Assembly (NCBI GenBank): GCA_963751345.1
Contig: CAVVUS010000018.1
Coordinates: 224,001-288,000, forward strand
Length of the DNA stretch: 64,000 nucleotides
Direction of reading: 5' to 3'
DNA from: an uncultured Chloroflexia bacterium
GTDB lineage: Bacteria > Chloroflexota > Anaerolineae > B4-G1 > SLSP01
Below are positions 36,488-48,820 of this stretch, piece by piece; position 1 is the stretch's first letter; each line of letters opens with the position of its first letter. The notes below the pieces were generated by a model. The model saw nothing but the letters and a program-made list of their open reading frames with translations, did not search any database and had not been told where the DNA came from. The position numbers and the translations under genes were made by a program.

Positions 36488-37444
36488 CTAAGGGCTTTTG
36501 ATACTCAGCACAATCTTGCCCTTGACTCCTCCGCTCTCGAGGCGCCGGTGCGCCTCTCCAACCTGTTCGAGGGGCAGCACTGAGTCGATCACGGGCTTGA
36601 TTTGGCCACGCTCGATCAGCACGCGCAGCGCGTCCAGCTTGTAGGCCGCGCGCTGAAGGAAGGTGGGGAAGAAGCTGATGTTCTTGCGCTGCGCTCTGTG
36701 CGTATCCACCCTGGTGCCCACGATACCGACGATGCGACCCAGTGTCTTGGTTACTTCGACGCTGCGGGTCATTGTGTCGCTGCCCACCGTGTCGAACACG
36801 ACGTCCACGTCGTAGCCGTCGGTAGCTTCCTTGACAGCGGGAACGAAATCCTCGGTCTTGTAGTTGATGGCTCGGTCGGCGCCCAACTGCCTGACGAGAT
36901 CGACCATATAATCGCTGCAGACGGCGATCACATATGCGCCCGCAGCCTTCGCCAGCTGAATCGCCAGCGACCCGACGCCACCGGCGCCGTGGATGAGAAT
37001 GCTCTCCCCTACGTGCAACTTTGCCTTCTCGATGAGTCCATCCCAGGCCGTGGATCCCACGAGCGGGATACTCGCCGACTCGGCGTGCGATAGGTTCACG
37101 GGCCTGTGGGCGACGATGGATTCGGTCACGACGTGAAACTCGGCGTAAGTGCCGGATGCCTGGCCGACGATGGCGGGAGTGTAGTAGACTTCATCGCCCA
37201 CGGTGAAGCGGCTCACGCCGCTGCCTACGGCCCTGACGACCCCTGACGCATCGTATCCGATCACGGCTGGCGGTTTCACACCTGCCCATCGTCCGTTGCG
37301 CCGGACTCCGGTGTCCACCGGATTGACCGAGGTCGCGTAGACTTCGACCAGAAGCTCGTTTGGTTCGATCTCTGGCTCGCCTACGGTGGCTTCCTCGAAG
37401 ACCTCGGGGCCGCCGAACTCTCGAATAATCATCGTTTTCATCAA
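36488..37444 (-). CDS. Zn-independent MDR / NADPH:quinone oxidoreductase
   Basis: SVNPVD, GYDASGVV, IHGAGGVG, GKIVL. Confidence 0.9.
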   Translation of the reverse strand: MMKTMIIREFGGPEVFEEATVGEPEIEPNELLVEVYATSVNPVDTGVRRNGRWAGVKPPAVIGYDASGVVRAVGSGVSRFTVGDEVYYTPAIVGQASGTYAEFHVVTESIVAHRPVNLSHAESASIPLVGSTAWDGLIEKAKLHVGESILIHGAGGVGSLAIQLAKAAGAYVIAVCSDYMVDLVRQLGADRAINYKTEDFVPAVKEATDGYDVDVVFDTVGSDTMTRSVEVTKTLGRIVGIVGTRVDTHRAQRKNISFFPTFLQRAAYKLDALRVLIERGQIKPVIDSVLPLEQVGEAHRRLESGGVKGKIVLSIKSP

Positions 37445-37467
37445 CTAGACTTTCCTTTCCAATCGAG

Positions 37468-38091
37468 CTACTTGAACCTAACGTCCGCCGTAGACCGCAG
37501 CACGGTGCCATTGTACAGGCTGGAGACCTGGCGAAGAGTCAACGCTTGGTCGAAAGTCGTGAGTGCGGAGATGCCATCGGCGGGCACGACAACGTGAAAC
37601 CAGCGTAGCCCCGCCGAGGCCGCGGTGTGCAGCACGCAGATGTTCGAGACCGTCCCTACAATGATCAGGTTTTCCACCTTCCAGAGTCGGGTTAGATAGT
37701 GATCGAGACCTGTCCCATAGAAGCCATCATACCGATTCTTGCGAAAGACCGTGTCCTCCGGCTGGGGCGCGAGCTCCTCGATGATCTCCCAGCCCCAGGT
37801 ACCGGGGCGGCAATGCTCGGGCCAGATGTCGAACTCCGGATCGCCCTCGATTGCTGTGTCCTGCGTGTAGACGACCCTTACCGCGTGCTCGTGCGCAGAT
37901 GCGATCAACGCCTGGATGTGGCCGATGGTCTCCTGAGCCGCCGGCACGACGAGACTTCCCCCCGGCGTGACGAAGTCGTTCTGCATATCCACGACAATGA
38001 CAGCGCTCGCACCTTCAGGAAGTACGATCGTGGACTGCACCGGTATTTCGGGAACTTCCACCTTCCCCGTGGGTACCCACTCAATTGGCAT
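37468..38091 (-). CDS. Isochorismatase-family cysteine hydrolase (nicotinamidase PncA-like)
   Basis: VVDMQNDF, WPEHC..GTWG, KNRYDGF, GTVSNICV (D-K-C triad). Confidence 0.85.
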   Translation of the reverse strand: MPIEWVPTGKVEVPEIPVQSTIVLPEGASAVIVVDMQNDFVTPGGSLVVPAAQETIGHIQALIASAHEHAVRVVYTQDTAIEGDPEFDIWPEHCRPGTWGWEIIEELAPQPEDTVFRKNRYDGFYGTGLDHYLTRLWKVENLIIVGTVSNICVLHTAASAGLRWFHVVVPADGISALTTFDQALTLRQVSSLYNGTVLRSTADVRFK

Positions 38092-38971
38092 GACCCGTTC
38101 TCTCCTCGTAGTATCTGCGGCATTCGGCCTCTCTGCCGCGAACGACGCGCTTGCCTTCGAGCGAGCCGTGGGTCTCGGTGACAACCGTGACCTGGTGTTC
38201 GTTGTCGTCGCGCTTGAAGTAGACGACCACCCAATCGTGCGTCTTGTCGAGATCGTGGGCCCGTGCTGTGTTGGAGAAGAGGGCCGTGAAGTGCCACCCC
38301 TCCCTGTCGGCATCCATCACGGGCAGCCGGGCCTTTCCCTCGGGGTTGAAGCGCTTGGGGGCGATGGTCCGAAGGTCCCCGGCGGCTGCGCGCTCCCGGT
38401 AGTCGCGATCTATGCCCAGGAGCAGGCCGATCGACGGTTCGTCTGAATCTCCGCCCAGATCGCTCTTCTCCACGTCGCGTGCATGGCGCTGCGCGGCACC
38501 GCTGAGGATACCGGCAAGGCTTAGACGCACGTTCTCGACGCGCTTCTCACCGAATCCCGGAACGTGGACGAGGCGCCCGTCGTGGGCGGCTTGCTCCAAC
38601 TCCTCCAGCGACGTGACGTCGAGGTGCTCGACGATCCGCTGTGCCAGTTCCTCCCCGATGCCCGGCACTTCCTCGAAGAGCTTGGTTGGATCGGTCTCGC
38701 TCTGCAGGCGACTGAGCAGGCTGGCGCGTCCGCTGTGAACGATCTCGACGATCATCGCCGCCAAGCTTGACCCGATCCCCGGGATCTGTTCCAGCGCCTC
38801 CTTGCCCTGCGAGGCCAGTGTGTTGGCGACCGGCTCTTTCTGGACGCGAACTTGCCTTGCGGCCTCACGGTAGGAGCGCACCCGAAAGGGGTTGGCCCCC
38901 CGGAGTTCCAGCAGATGCGCTATCTGCTCGAACTGCGTGGCAATCTGTTCATTCGTCACGTGCGATGCCAT
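38081..38971 (-). CDS. Stand-alone PolX N-terminal (8-kDa lyase + HhH) protein with an unknown C-terminal domain
   Basis: NEQIATQFEQIAHLLE..GANPFRVRSYREAA and three HhH motifs (IPGIG, VPGIG, VPGFG); no palm DxD; C-terminus IAPKRFNP...FSNTARAH...DWVV...RVVRGRE. Confidence 0.8.
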   Translation of the reverse strand: MASHVTNEQIATQFEQIAHLLELRGANPFRVRSYREAARQVRVQKEPVANTLASQGKEALEQIPGIGSSLAAMIVEIVHSGRASLLSRLQSETDPTKLFEEVPGIGEELAQRIVEHLDVTSLEELEQAAHDGRLVHVPGFGEKRVENVRLSLAGILSGAAQRHARDVEKSDLGGDSDEPSIGLLLGIDRDYRERAAAGDLRTIAPKRFNPEGKARLPVMDADREGWHFTALFSNTARAHDLDKTHDWVVVYFKRDDNEHQVTVVTETHGSLEGKRVVRGREAECRRYYEERTGHAN

Positions 38972-39000
38972 ATGTCTCCGGACCTTGCTGCTCTATCTCC

Positions 39001-39987
39001 CTATCCCTTGTCACTTTTTTCCTGATCGCGATAGTCTCCGTAGGCGGCGCTCAGGGCCGTCGCGATCTGATGGGGCGCCGGCACCTCGCCCCTCCCGGCA
39101 GGCCAGCCCTCTCGCTGCCGCCTGCGGTTGCCATCCGTCTCTTCGGTCTGATCGTGGAAGAGCACCTGCTGCGTTGGGAAGGGCAAGTCGATGCCGTTGC
39201 TCTGGAGGGCTTTCTTCACAGCACTCAACACGCGCGTTCTGGTTTCCATCGCATCGCGGCGCCGTGGCGGCATAATCCACCAGCGTGCGCGGAGTGTCAC
39301 CTGGTAGCTCGCGAGATCCACGACAAGGACCTCCGGCTCCGGCGTCTGCTCTACCTCTGGCAGACTCTCAAGTGTCTCCAGGATCACACGGCTCGCGGTC
39401 TCAATGTCGTCACCATAGCCGATCCCAATATCGTATTGGATTCGCCGGCGTTTATAGGCGGTGTTGACGGTGACGATGTTGGTGAATAGGTCCGAGTTTG
39501 GCACAATGACGCGGCGCCCATCGTACGTGCGAATCGACGTAGTGCGCGCCTCTATGCTCTCAATTGTGCCCTCGTAGTCCTGGAGGATGATCTGGTCGCC
39601 TACGACGAAGGTCTGGTTGAGGAGCAGCAGCACACCGGAGAAGAAATCTTCGAAGATGTTGCGAAAGGCAATGCCCGCCGCCAGCCCTCCCAGCCCCAGT
39701 AGCTGGACGAGTTGACCGAGCGAGAAGCCGGGAAAAGCGATCAGCAGGGAGATGAGCATGCCCAAGCTGACCACCGACCACCGGGTCAGCCGCCCCAACA
39801 AAACTCCAAGGCTGTCGGGGCGGTTAGAGGATTTCACGATCTTGCGGACCAGGGTCCGAGCGTATCTCGCCAGCAAGAGAGATGCGATGAAGAAGAGCAG
39901 AGCGATAAGGAGATCAGGAATGCGGACGAGCGTATCCGTGAGAATGCCCTGCAGGCGTTTGATCGCCGCAGAAAAGTCGAAACTCAT
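39001..39987 (-). CDS. MscS-family mechanosensitive channel
   Basis: GIAFRNIF...SGVLLL...VGDQI...GTIESI..RTT...DGRRVIVPN; GIDLPFP. Confidence 0.9.
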   Translation of the reverse strand: MSFDFSAAIKRLQGILTDTLVRIPDLLIALLFFIASLLLARYARTLVRKIVKSSNRPDSLGVLLGRLTRWSVVSLGMLISLLIAFPGFSLGQLVQLLGLGGLAAGIAFRNIFEDFFSGVLLLLNQTFVVGDQIILQDYEGTIESIEARTTSIRTYDGRRVIVPNSDLFTNIVTVNTAYKRRRIQYDIGIGYGDDIETASRVILETLESLPEVEQTPEPEVLVVDLASYQVTLRARWWIMPPRRRDAMETRTRVLSAVKKALQSNGIDLPFPTQQVLFHDQTEETDGNRRRQREGWPAGRGEVPAPHQIATALSAAYGDYRDQEKSDKG

Positions 39988-40050
39988 TACATCCTTTCTC
40001 TCATACTGCACCCGGGGCCCTGACCCCGGGCTGTGGCAGTAAGATCTTCC

Positions 40051-41286
40051 CTACACCAGGTCCTCCAGATCCGAGGCCTCATCCTCGAGCTTCTCTGCCA
40101 CGTCCCGATACGCCACGCGCGCTTTGACGAGCGCCTGCATAGGATCTCGCTCCTCGTCCGGGCGGCCCATCGCCAGCACACCGGTGAGGCGTCCTTCGTT
40201 GAAGTAGTAAAGCGCAAAGTCGCGCGTCTCGAAGTGCCCTCGCTGCACCGTCTGGTCCCACGCGGTCATGTCCCCCCAAACCTCAAAACTGAGGTCAAAG
40301 AGATCGGAGAAGAAGTAAGGAATGACGTCATAGCCCTCCCCCGCTCCGGCCATGTTGCGACCCGCCTGTAGACCCTGGGCGCGGGCCACGTCCCAGTGTT
40401 CCACGCGCAGTCGTTTCTTGTAGGTGGGATCCGGCCAGGCGGCAATGTCACCGGCAGCATAGATCCGAGGGTCGCTGGTCTGCAGGTATTCATTCACCAT
40501 AATGGCGCGATCCTGGTCGCGGACTTCCAGACCGGCTTCCTGCGCCAACTCCGTGTTGAGCGAGATGCCTACGCCCATCACGGCCATATCGATCGGCGGC
40601 ATCGCGCCGTTGCTCAGTTCCACCTGTGTGACGTGGCGCTCGCCGATGAAGCGCTGTGGTGTGATCCCGGCCAAGATTCGCACACCGTGCGCTGCATAGA
40701 TCTGCTGCAGCCATGCACTCATCTCTCGCGTGACGATGCGTTCCAGCAGGCGTTCCTCCGGAAAGGCCATTGTGACGTCGGCACCGAGTGTTGCCAATCC
40801 AGCGGCTACCTCTGAGCCGATGAAGCTGCCCCCCAGGACCAGCGCCTGCTTGCCCGGGCCGGCCATTTCGCGGAGACGTGTTGAGTCCTCAATCGTCCGG
40901 AGTGTGCGAACGCCCTCGAGATCGTTGCCCGGCAATGGCAGTCGTCGGGGCCGCCCTCCGGTCGCCAACAGCAGGGTCTCATATCGCAGGGCGCGTCCAT
41001 CCGCCAGGGCAATGCTCCGGGCCTCACGGTCGATCGAGATCACCCGGGTGCTTGTCAGTAGCTCAACGTTGTGTTCCGGATAATATGCCTCCGGGTCGAC
41101 ATAGACGCTATCTACCGGACGCTTGCCCATGAGGTAACCTTTAGAGAGCGGCGGGCGCTCGTAGGGACGATGCGGCTCCTGAGTGACTAGAGCGATGCTT
41201 CCCGCGTTGTCTTGCTCCCGGATTCCCTCAACGGCTTTCCCGCCGGCCATCCCCCCTCCAACAATAATGTATTTGTAGCTTGCCAT
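40051..41286 (-). CDS. FAD/NAD(P)H ferredoxin-reductase-like oxidoreductase
   Basis: GGGMAG, YERPPLSK, LLATGG, GGSFIGSE, AAGD, RVEHW, PYFFSD. Confidence 0.9.
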   Translation of the reverse strand: MASYKYIIVGGGMAGGKAVEGIREQDNAGSIALVTQEPHRPYERPPLSKGYLMGKRPVDSVYVDPEAYYPEHNVELLTSTRVISIDREARSIALADGRALRYETLLLATGGRPRRLPLPGNDLEGVRTLRTIEDSTRLREMAGPGKQALVLGGSFIGSEVAAGLATLGADVTMAFPEERLLERIVTREMSAWLQQIYAAHGVRILAGITPQRFIGERHVTQVELSNGAMPPIDMAVMGVGISLNTELAQEAGLEVRDQDRAIMVNEYLQTSDPRIYAAGDIAAWPDPTYKKRLRVEHWDVARAQGLQAGRNMAGAGEGYDVIPYFFSDLFDLSFEVWGDMTAWDQTVQRGHFETRDFALYYFNEGRLTGVLAMGRPDEERDPMQALVKARVAYRDVAEKLEDEASDLEDLV

Positions 41287-41336
41287 CGAGGACTCCTTAT
41301 CGTGTTCTAAAGTCAATTCAGTTCGGTTTTCTCAAA

Positions 41337-42716
41337 CTACAGCTCCAGCGGGCACGCGGTCGAATCCCATCCCGCCACGCCACCCAGGACTACGGTGAGA
41401 TCGGACCAGCCTTTGCGCTGCAGAAAGCTTGCCACCACCATCGATCGTAGGCCACTGCCGCAGAAGATGTGGACCGGTCTGTCTCTTGGCACCTCGTCGA
41501 TGTGCACCGGGATTTGCGTGATGTGTATATGGTGGGCATCGGTGATCTCACCCTCGCTCGCGAGCTCTTCGTCACTGCGGACGTCGAGAATCCAGGCCGG
41601 TTTGCCGCTGTCCAACTGGCGGCATAGCTTGTGTGTCGTGGTCGTCTCGGTCTGCGTGCTTTCGCGCCCTGCAATGTGCCACGTTAACATCCCGCCTGCA
41701 AGTGTGCCCACGATGTTGTCATATCCGAGACGGACCAGCGTTCGCACCGCGAGGCTGGGATCATCGTCAGACGTCACGAGCAGGAGGGGCTTGTCATAAG
41801 GCAAGAACCAACCCGCGAAACTCGCCAGCCCTCTCTGCCAGATCGAGAGTGAGTCGGGCACGTGGCCCGCACTGAACCCCAGCTCCATTCGGGTGTCGAC
41901 CACGATGGCGTTCTGGGCCGCCCGCGCGAAGGCGTCAGCCTTCAGTTGCGGTATGACAGGCAAGGCCCCGAGCGTGGGCGCACCGGTGAGATTGAGCTGT
42001 TCGACCTGTCTGAAGTAGGGGGGGCGTTCCAGCATATGAGCCACGTTGGCGACAAAGGTGTCTTTGCGGCTATCCTGCAATTTCGGGTTGTGCTTGCGCT
42101 CCAGGCCGATCGTCGTCCATACGCGCTCTGCGATGGAAGTCCCACAGACGGAGCCGGCGCCGTGTGCCGGGCATACGATCACCTCATCGCCCAAGGGCAG
42201 GAGGATGTCGAAGAGCGTCCGATGAAGCGAGGCTGCCATTTCGGGCATCTCCTCCTCGCCCAGCAGGTCCACGCGTCCTACGTCGCCGGCGAAGAGAGCG
42301 TCGCCCGTGAAGACAATCCACCGATTGCCGTCCGGGTCTCGCAGTAGATAACTCATATGGCCCGGCGTGTGTCCGGGCGTGTGCAACGCCCGGACTTCCA
42401 GCCGCCCCACCTTCCATATCTGACCATCCATCACGGGAGAGCCGTACTCATACCCCAGCTCGCCATCGGCGTGCCATATTTCAACGCCCTCACCCGTCGT
42501 CTTTGTGAGGCGTGCGAGCAGCTCCTGCGACCCAACCGCATAATCCTCGTTGCGGTGCGTTTCCAGGATCGCCTTGATCCGATACCCCGCGCCGGCTGCG
42601 AGGTCCAGATAGACCTCGCAGTCGCGCCGCGGATCGATGACCACAGCCTCGTGTTGGTCACCGACCAAGTAGGAATAGTGCGCCAGCCCCTGTGACTCGA
42701 CACGCTCAAAGAGCAT
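41337..42716 (-). CDS. MBL-fold protein fused to rhodanese domains (CstB/Blh-like architecture)
   Basis: ETHRNEDY, TPGHTPGH, FTGDALFAGDVGR, PAHGAGSVCG; C-terminal CGSGLRS. Confidence 0.88.
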   Translation of the reverse strand: MLFERVESQGLAHYSYLVGDQHEAVVIDPRRDCEVYLDLAAGAGYRIKAILETHRNEDYAVGSQELLARLTKTTGEGVEIWHADGELGYEYGSPVMDGQIWKVGRLEVRALHTPGHTPGHMSYLLRDPDGNRWIVFTGDALFAGDVGRVDLLGEEEMPEMAASLHRTLFDILLPLGDEVIVCPAHGAGSVCGTSIAERVWTTIGLERKHNPKLQDSRKDTFVANVAHMLERPPYFRQVEQLNLTGAPTLGALPVIPQLKADAFARAAQNAIVVDTRMELGFSAGHVPDSLSIWQRGLASFAGWFLPYDKPLLLVTSDDDPSLAVRTLVRLGYDNIVGTLAGGMLTWHIAGRESTQTETTTTHKLCRQLDSGKPAWILDVRSDEELASEGEITDAHHIHITQIPVHIDEVPRDRPVHIFCGSGLRSMVVASFLQRKGWSDLTVVLGGVAGWDSTACPLEL

Positions 42717-42737
42717 ATGCCCCTCCCTGTTTCGCGA

Positions 42738-43610
42738 TTACCAGGGCGAAGGCCCTGTCACAACGGGGTTATCGGGATATGAGGACCATTCGGTGAACGA
42801 TCCCTCGTATATCTTCACCTTGGGGAAGCCGAGGTACCATTTGAAGAGCAGAAATTCGTTGGTCGCCTCCCTGCCCGTGCCGCAAGAGCAGATGATCGTC
42901 TTGTCAGGTGTGAGGTCGTTCTGGTCCAGGATTACCTGGATCTCGGAGTCGGGTCTGAGCAGGCGAGGATTCTTGGGATCCATCAAGCTAGCCCACGGCA
43001 CGTTGATTGCCCCCGGGATATGGCCGGGCTTCGGCCACGGGCCCTGGCCCTGGTAGATGGACGCGGGCCGGGCATCCAGGACTGCAACACCATCTTCGTC
43101 CTTCAGCATCGCAAACGTGTCGTAGAGTAGAAAGTAGTCTTCGTGCACGTCGACGGCGAAGTGTGATGCTTCGACCTCCGGGAAAACTTGGGATACCGGA
43201 CCTTCATCCGCAATCCACGCCTCCAGCCCGCCATCCAGGACGTAGACGTTGTTGTGGCCGAAGCGTGCCAGGCTGTAGGCAACCATCGTCTGCTCCAGGC
43301 CATCACCCCATCCCTTGAATGCTCCCTTGCCGGTGTAGACGACCACTGGGACGTCGCTGTTGAGGCCCACGCGGCGAAAGATGTGCTCCGCGGCTTCCTC
43401 AGGGATGTAGTTTCCGGGCATCCCTCCCAGGGGCACCCGGAGCAGCGACTCATTCATATAAACGGCGTGCGGAATGTGCTGCTGGATGTAGTCATGAATG
43501 TTGGGCTGCGTATCGAGGATCATCAGGTCGTCGTCATTCATGTGGTTGCCCAACCAGTCTGGAGAAACCCACTTCACGATGCCCTTGCCGAAAGGATATT
43601 GCTTTGCCAT
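42738..43610 (-). CDS. Thiosulfate/3-mercaptopyruvate sulfurtransferase (tandem rhodanese)
   Basis: [39 protein letters not shown]. Confidence 0.9.
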   Translation of the reverse strand: MAKQYPFGKGIVKWVSPDWLGNHMNDDDLMILDTQPNIHDYIQQHIPHAVYMNESLLRVPLGGMPGNYIPEEAAEHIFRRVGLNSDVPVVVYTGKGAFKGWGDGLEQTMVAYSLARFGHNNVYVLDGGLEAWIADEGPVSQVFPEVEASHFAVDVHEDYFLLYDTFAMLKDEDGVAVLDARPASIYQGQGPWPKPGHIPGAINVPWASLMDPKNPRLLRPDSEIQVILDQNDLTPDKTIICSCGTGREATNEFLLFKWYLGFPKVKIYEGSFTEWSSYPDNPVVTGPSPW

Positions 43611-43754
43611 TGGAACCCCCTGTTGGCCAAAAGTAGACAGATTCGTGAGCATTTGCTCATGTGGATGCTAGCATCAAAGTGGAGTGTCAGGTGGTGGAGA
43701 TGGTTGGTGCTGGTGCCGACTTACGTTTGCTGCGTTGGACCTGCGTTTGGGAAG

Positions 43755-44170
43755 CTAATACTCGGGAGGCAATTTTCGGTGACGTATTCTCTCGCTGCGG
43801 CGCCGCTTGTTTTCGAGCCGACGTTCTCGTGCCCCCCTTGGCGTGTGCGTTGCGCGGCGAAGCTTGGGCTCATGCGCAGCTTGTCGGATCATCGCTTTCA
43901 GACGCCGGACTGCCTCGTTGCGGTTGCGACTCTGCGAGCGATACTCGCTGGCGTCGATCACCAGCACTCCTTCCTGCGTCATCCGGTTCCCCGCCAACTC
44001 GATCAGCCTCTGACGCACCCCTGCGGGCAGGGAGAGGCTGTTGGCCACGTCGAAACGTAGTTGTACGGCTGTGGCTGACTTGTTGACGTGCTGTCCGCCA
44101 GGTCCGGATGCCCGGATGAAACTGAAATTCAACTCGGACTCATCGATTGAGATCTGTTCGGTGACCTCGA

Positions 44171-44174
<4 letters not shown>
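43755..44174 (-). CDS. arfB: Ribosome rescue peptidyl-tRNA hydrolase ArfB
   Basis: RASGPGGQHVNK, RSQSRNR, basic C-terminal tail. Confidence 0.93.
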
Positions 44175-46304
<2,130 letters not shown>

Positions 46305-46332
46305 TCAGCCACTACGGCGGCGAATTGCGGAC

Positions 46333-47865
46333 TTACTCTTGCTTCAAGCGGCGCTGCAACAATGCAAGGTCGGCGACAAACGTGACGATGCCGATCGATA
46401 ACAGCCCGACAAGCAGCAGCGGGTTTGGTCGTTGGCCCCGTAGCATCGTCGTCTGCAGAAGCTGTGTCCCATAGGTCGCGGGCAGACACCACGAGATGAC
46501 GTGAACCCAGGGCTTCAGGGATTCGATGTCCTGGAGAAATCCCGTAAAAAAGACGCTCGAGAGCAGCAAGATCATTGAGGCCTGGACTGCCTGGCTTGTT
46601 GAGCGCGCCACCAACGAAATCAGGAAGCCGATTCCCAACGAAGCGAAGATGAGTGCCACGATCTCCAGTGTGTAGAAGCCCCAATTGCCCAACAATGGCA
46701 CGTGGAGAACGTAGACGATCAGGGCGGAGAGGACCACAGAAAGTAACCCATTGAAGACGACGTAGCTCAAGAACTTGCCCGTTAGGAGCTCGACCGAGGT
46801 TAAGGGCGCGATCTGGAAAAGTTCGAGGGATCCGAGTTGATCTTCCTGGACGATGGAGAGGGCGGCGAAGGTCACGCAGATGTGTTGCAGGAGAAGGGCG
46901 ATGACGCCCGGCGTATAGTAGTCCGTCATCTTGATATTAACACCGGTGATGCTCAGATTCTTCGCCTTGAAGGGACTGACGATCACGCGCCGGGGAGACA
47001 TTCTCGCACGGCGCCAAGCGCGGCATCGAGTTGTTTGAGATCTCGTTGGTGCGGGCAAGCGTTTGCGTCTCTTGGCCTGTGGTGCCGAGTCCTGAATGCT
47101 GGAGCGCGCTCGCGTCTCGCTGCAGTGTCAGGAGAAGGGCTGCCGTGGTGCCCAACTCGGCGGCGCCGCCGCTCGCTAACGGCCCCGAGAGCGGGTCCGC
47201 CCACCGTATCCGGTGATCGTCTGGAGTGTCGGCGATATCTCTTGGATATTCCTGAACGAGTGCCCGAACATCCTGCTCGGCCTGGACGGTATTCTCATCG
47301 GAAAGGGACCGGTTTATCTGGTCGACAGCGTCCAAAGCCGACTGTACATCCCCTTGCATCGTCGCAGCTTGGCTCTGCTGGCCCTGGATCGCACCCGTGA
47401 GCACCCTGCGGTTCATCTCATTCAGGTAGAGATTCATCGTATACTCGAATGTAGCTGGCTAGCGTCGGCAGGATCTCGTTATGATAGACAAAAAGGTCGC
47501 CTGATCGCCCTGCCGGATCGTCTCTGGGGCGTTCTCCGGGACCACGACGACGGCATCGACCGTGCCTTGGTGCTAAGTTCCTGAGCGCTGAGGGCAGATC
47601 TTCGGTGATGCCTGCGAATACAAGCTGTGGGCCCAACGAAGTCGCGTACTGCTCAATATACGGCTGCAGGACGTTGTCGGGCGCAGTGACGAAGAGCGTC
47701 CTGGATAGGCCGGGCCTCCTCACGAAAGCCGAGGCCGTAGACGAGGAGGATGACGAAAGGGCCCAGGACCAGCGTAAGGACCAGCCGCGGCTGTCGTAGC
47801 ACGTTGACGATTTCTTTGCGCAGGAAGGCAGAGGCCCGGATGAAGGAGTGCCAGATCTCACGCAT
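46333..47865 (-). CDS. ABC-2 type exporter permease (several frameshifts)
   Basis: AFLRKEIVNVLRQPRL...; YYTPGVIALLLQH...E..LGSLE...APL...LTGK; SWCLPATY. Confidence 0.8.
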
Positions 47866-48808
47866 CGTCCTTGTTCCCCGTTACCAGCGCGACAAAGACG
47901 TCGTCGAAGGGAGGGGCGTACTCCTCGACGTTGGTGACCTCGATGCCACGCTCCTCGATCCATTTCATCAGCATCGGGATAGAGCGTCCCGGCTTGCTCC
48001 GTCGTCACCTTGAGATGGATGGGGCCGATGCGGGATGACGCCCTTCACCCACGGGAAGTGCCTCGAGTTCCGAATCGAACTCGCGCGGGAGTGGGATCGC
48101 GGTCTCCAAGGTGACAATGTCCCCGCCGAGTGCCTTCTTCCGTAGATGTTCAGGCGTGTCGAGCGCAAGAAGCTCGCCCTCGACGAGAACGCCGACCTGG
48201 TCGCAGTTCGCCGCCTCGTTCACGTACTGGGTCGTTACAAAGAGGGTCTTGCCCTCTTCCTTGAGGGCGTGGAAGTGGTGCCAGAATTTCTGGCGGAGCA
48301 CCGGATCAAGCCCCGTCGTGGGTTCATCGAGAAAGAAGAGGTCAGGGTCGTGGATCAATGCTGCAGCAAGGCTCAACCGTCGCTGCATCCCCCCGGAGAT
48401 CTTGCGCACCGGTTTTCGCGCGTGATCCGTAAGTTCAACGAAGTCCAAGATCTCCCGCAGCCGCTTGCGTCGCCTAAAACCGACCCCATAGATGGACGCG
48501 GCAAAGTTGAGGTTCTCCCATATCGTCAGGTCGGGGTAGAGGGCAAAGAGCTGGGGCATATAGCCGATCCGGGCTCGGGTCTGCAGGCTGAAGGCGGACG
48601 GAGCTTCTCCGAGGACGTCGACCTTCCCGCTGGTCGGCTCGTAGCCCCCGGTCAGCATGCGAATCGTCGTGGTCTTGCCGCTTCCGCTCGGGCCCATGAA
48701 ACCGAAGATCGTGCCCTTCTGAACCTCAAGGCTCACCGCCCGGACGGCATAGGATTTCTCGAAACGTTTGCTGAGATTGTCGGTGCGGATAACGATATCT
48801 GGGTCCAT
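47858..48808 (-). CDS. ABC exporter ATP-binding protein (3' frameshifts)
   Basis: GPSGSGKTT, ISGGMQRR, LDEPT; C-terminus ...PPFDDVFVALV in a shifted frame. Confidence 0.88.
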
Positions 48809-48820
48809 GTCCGGTCGCCT

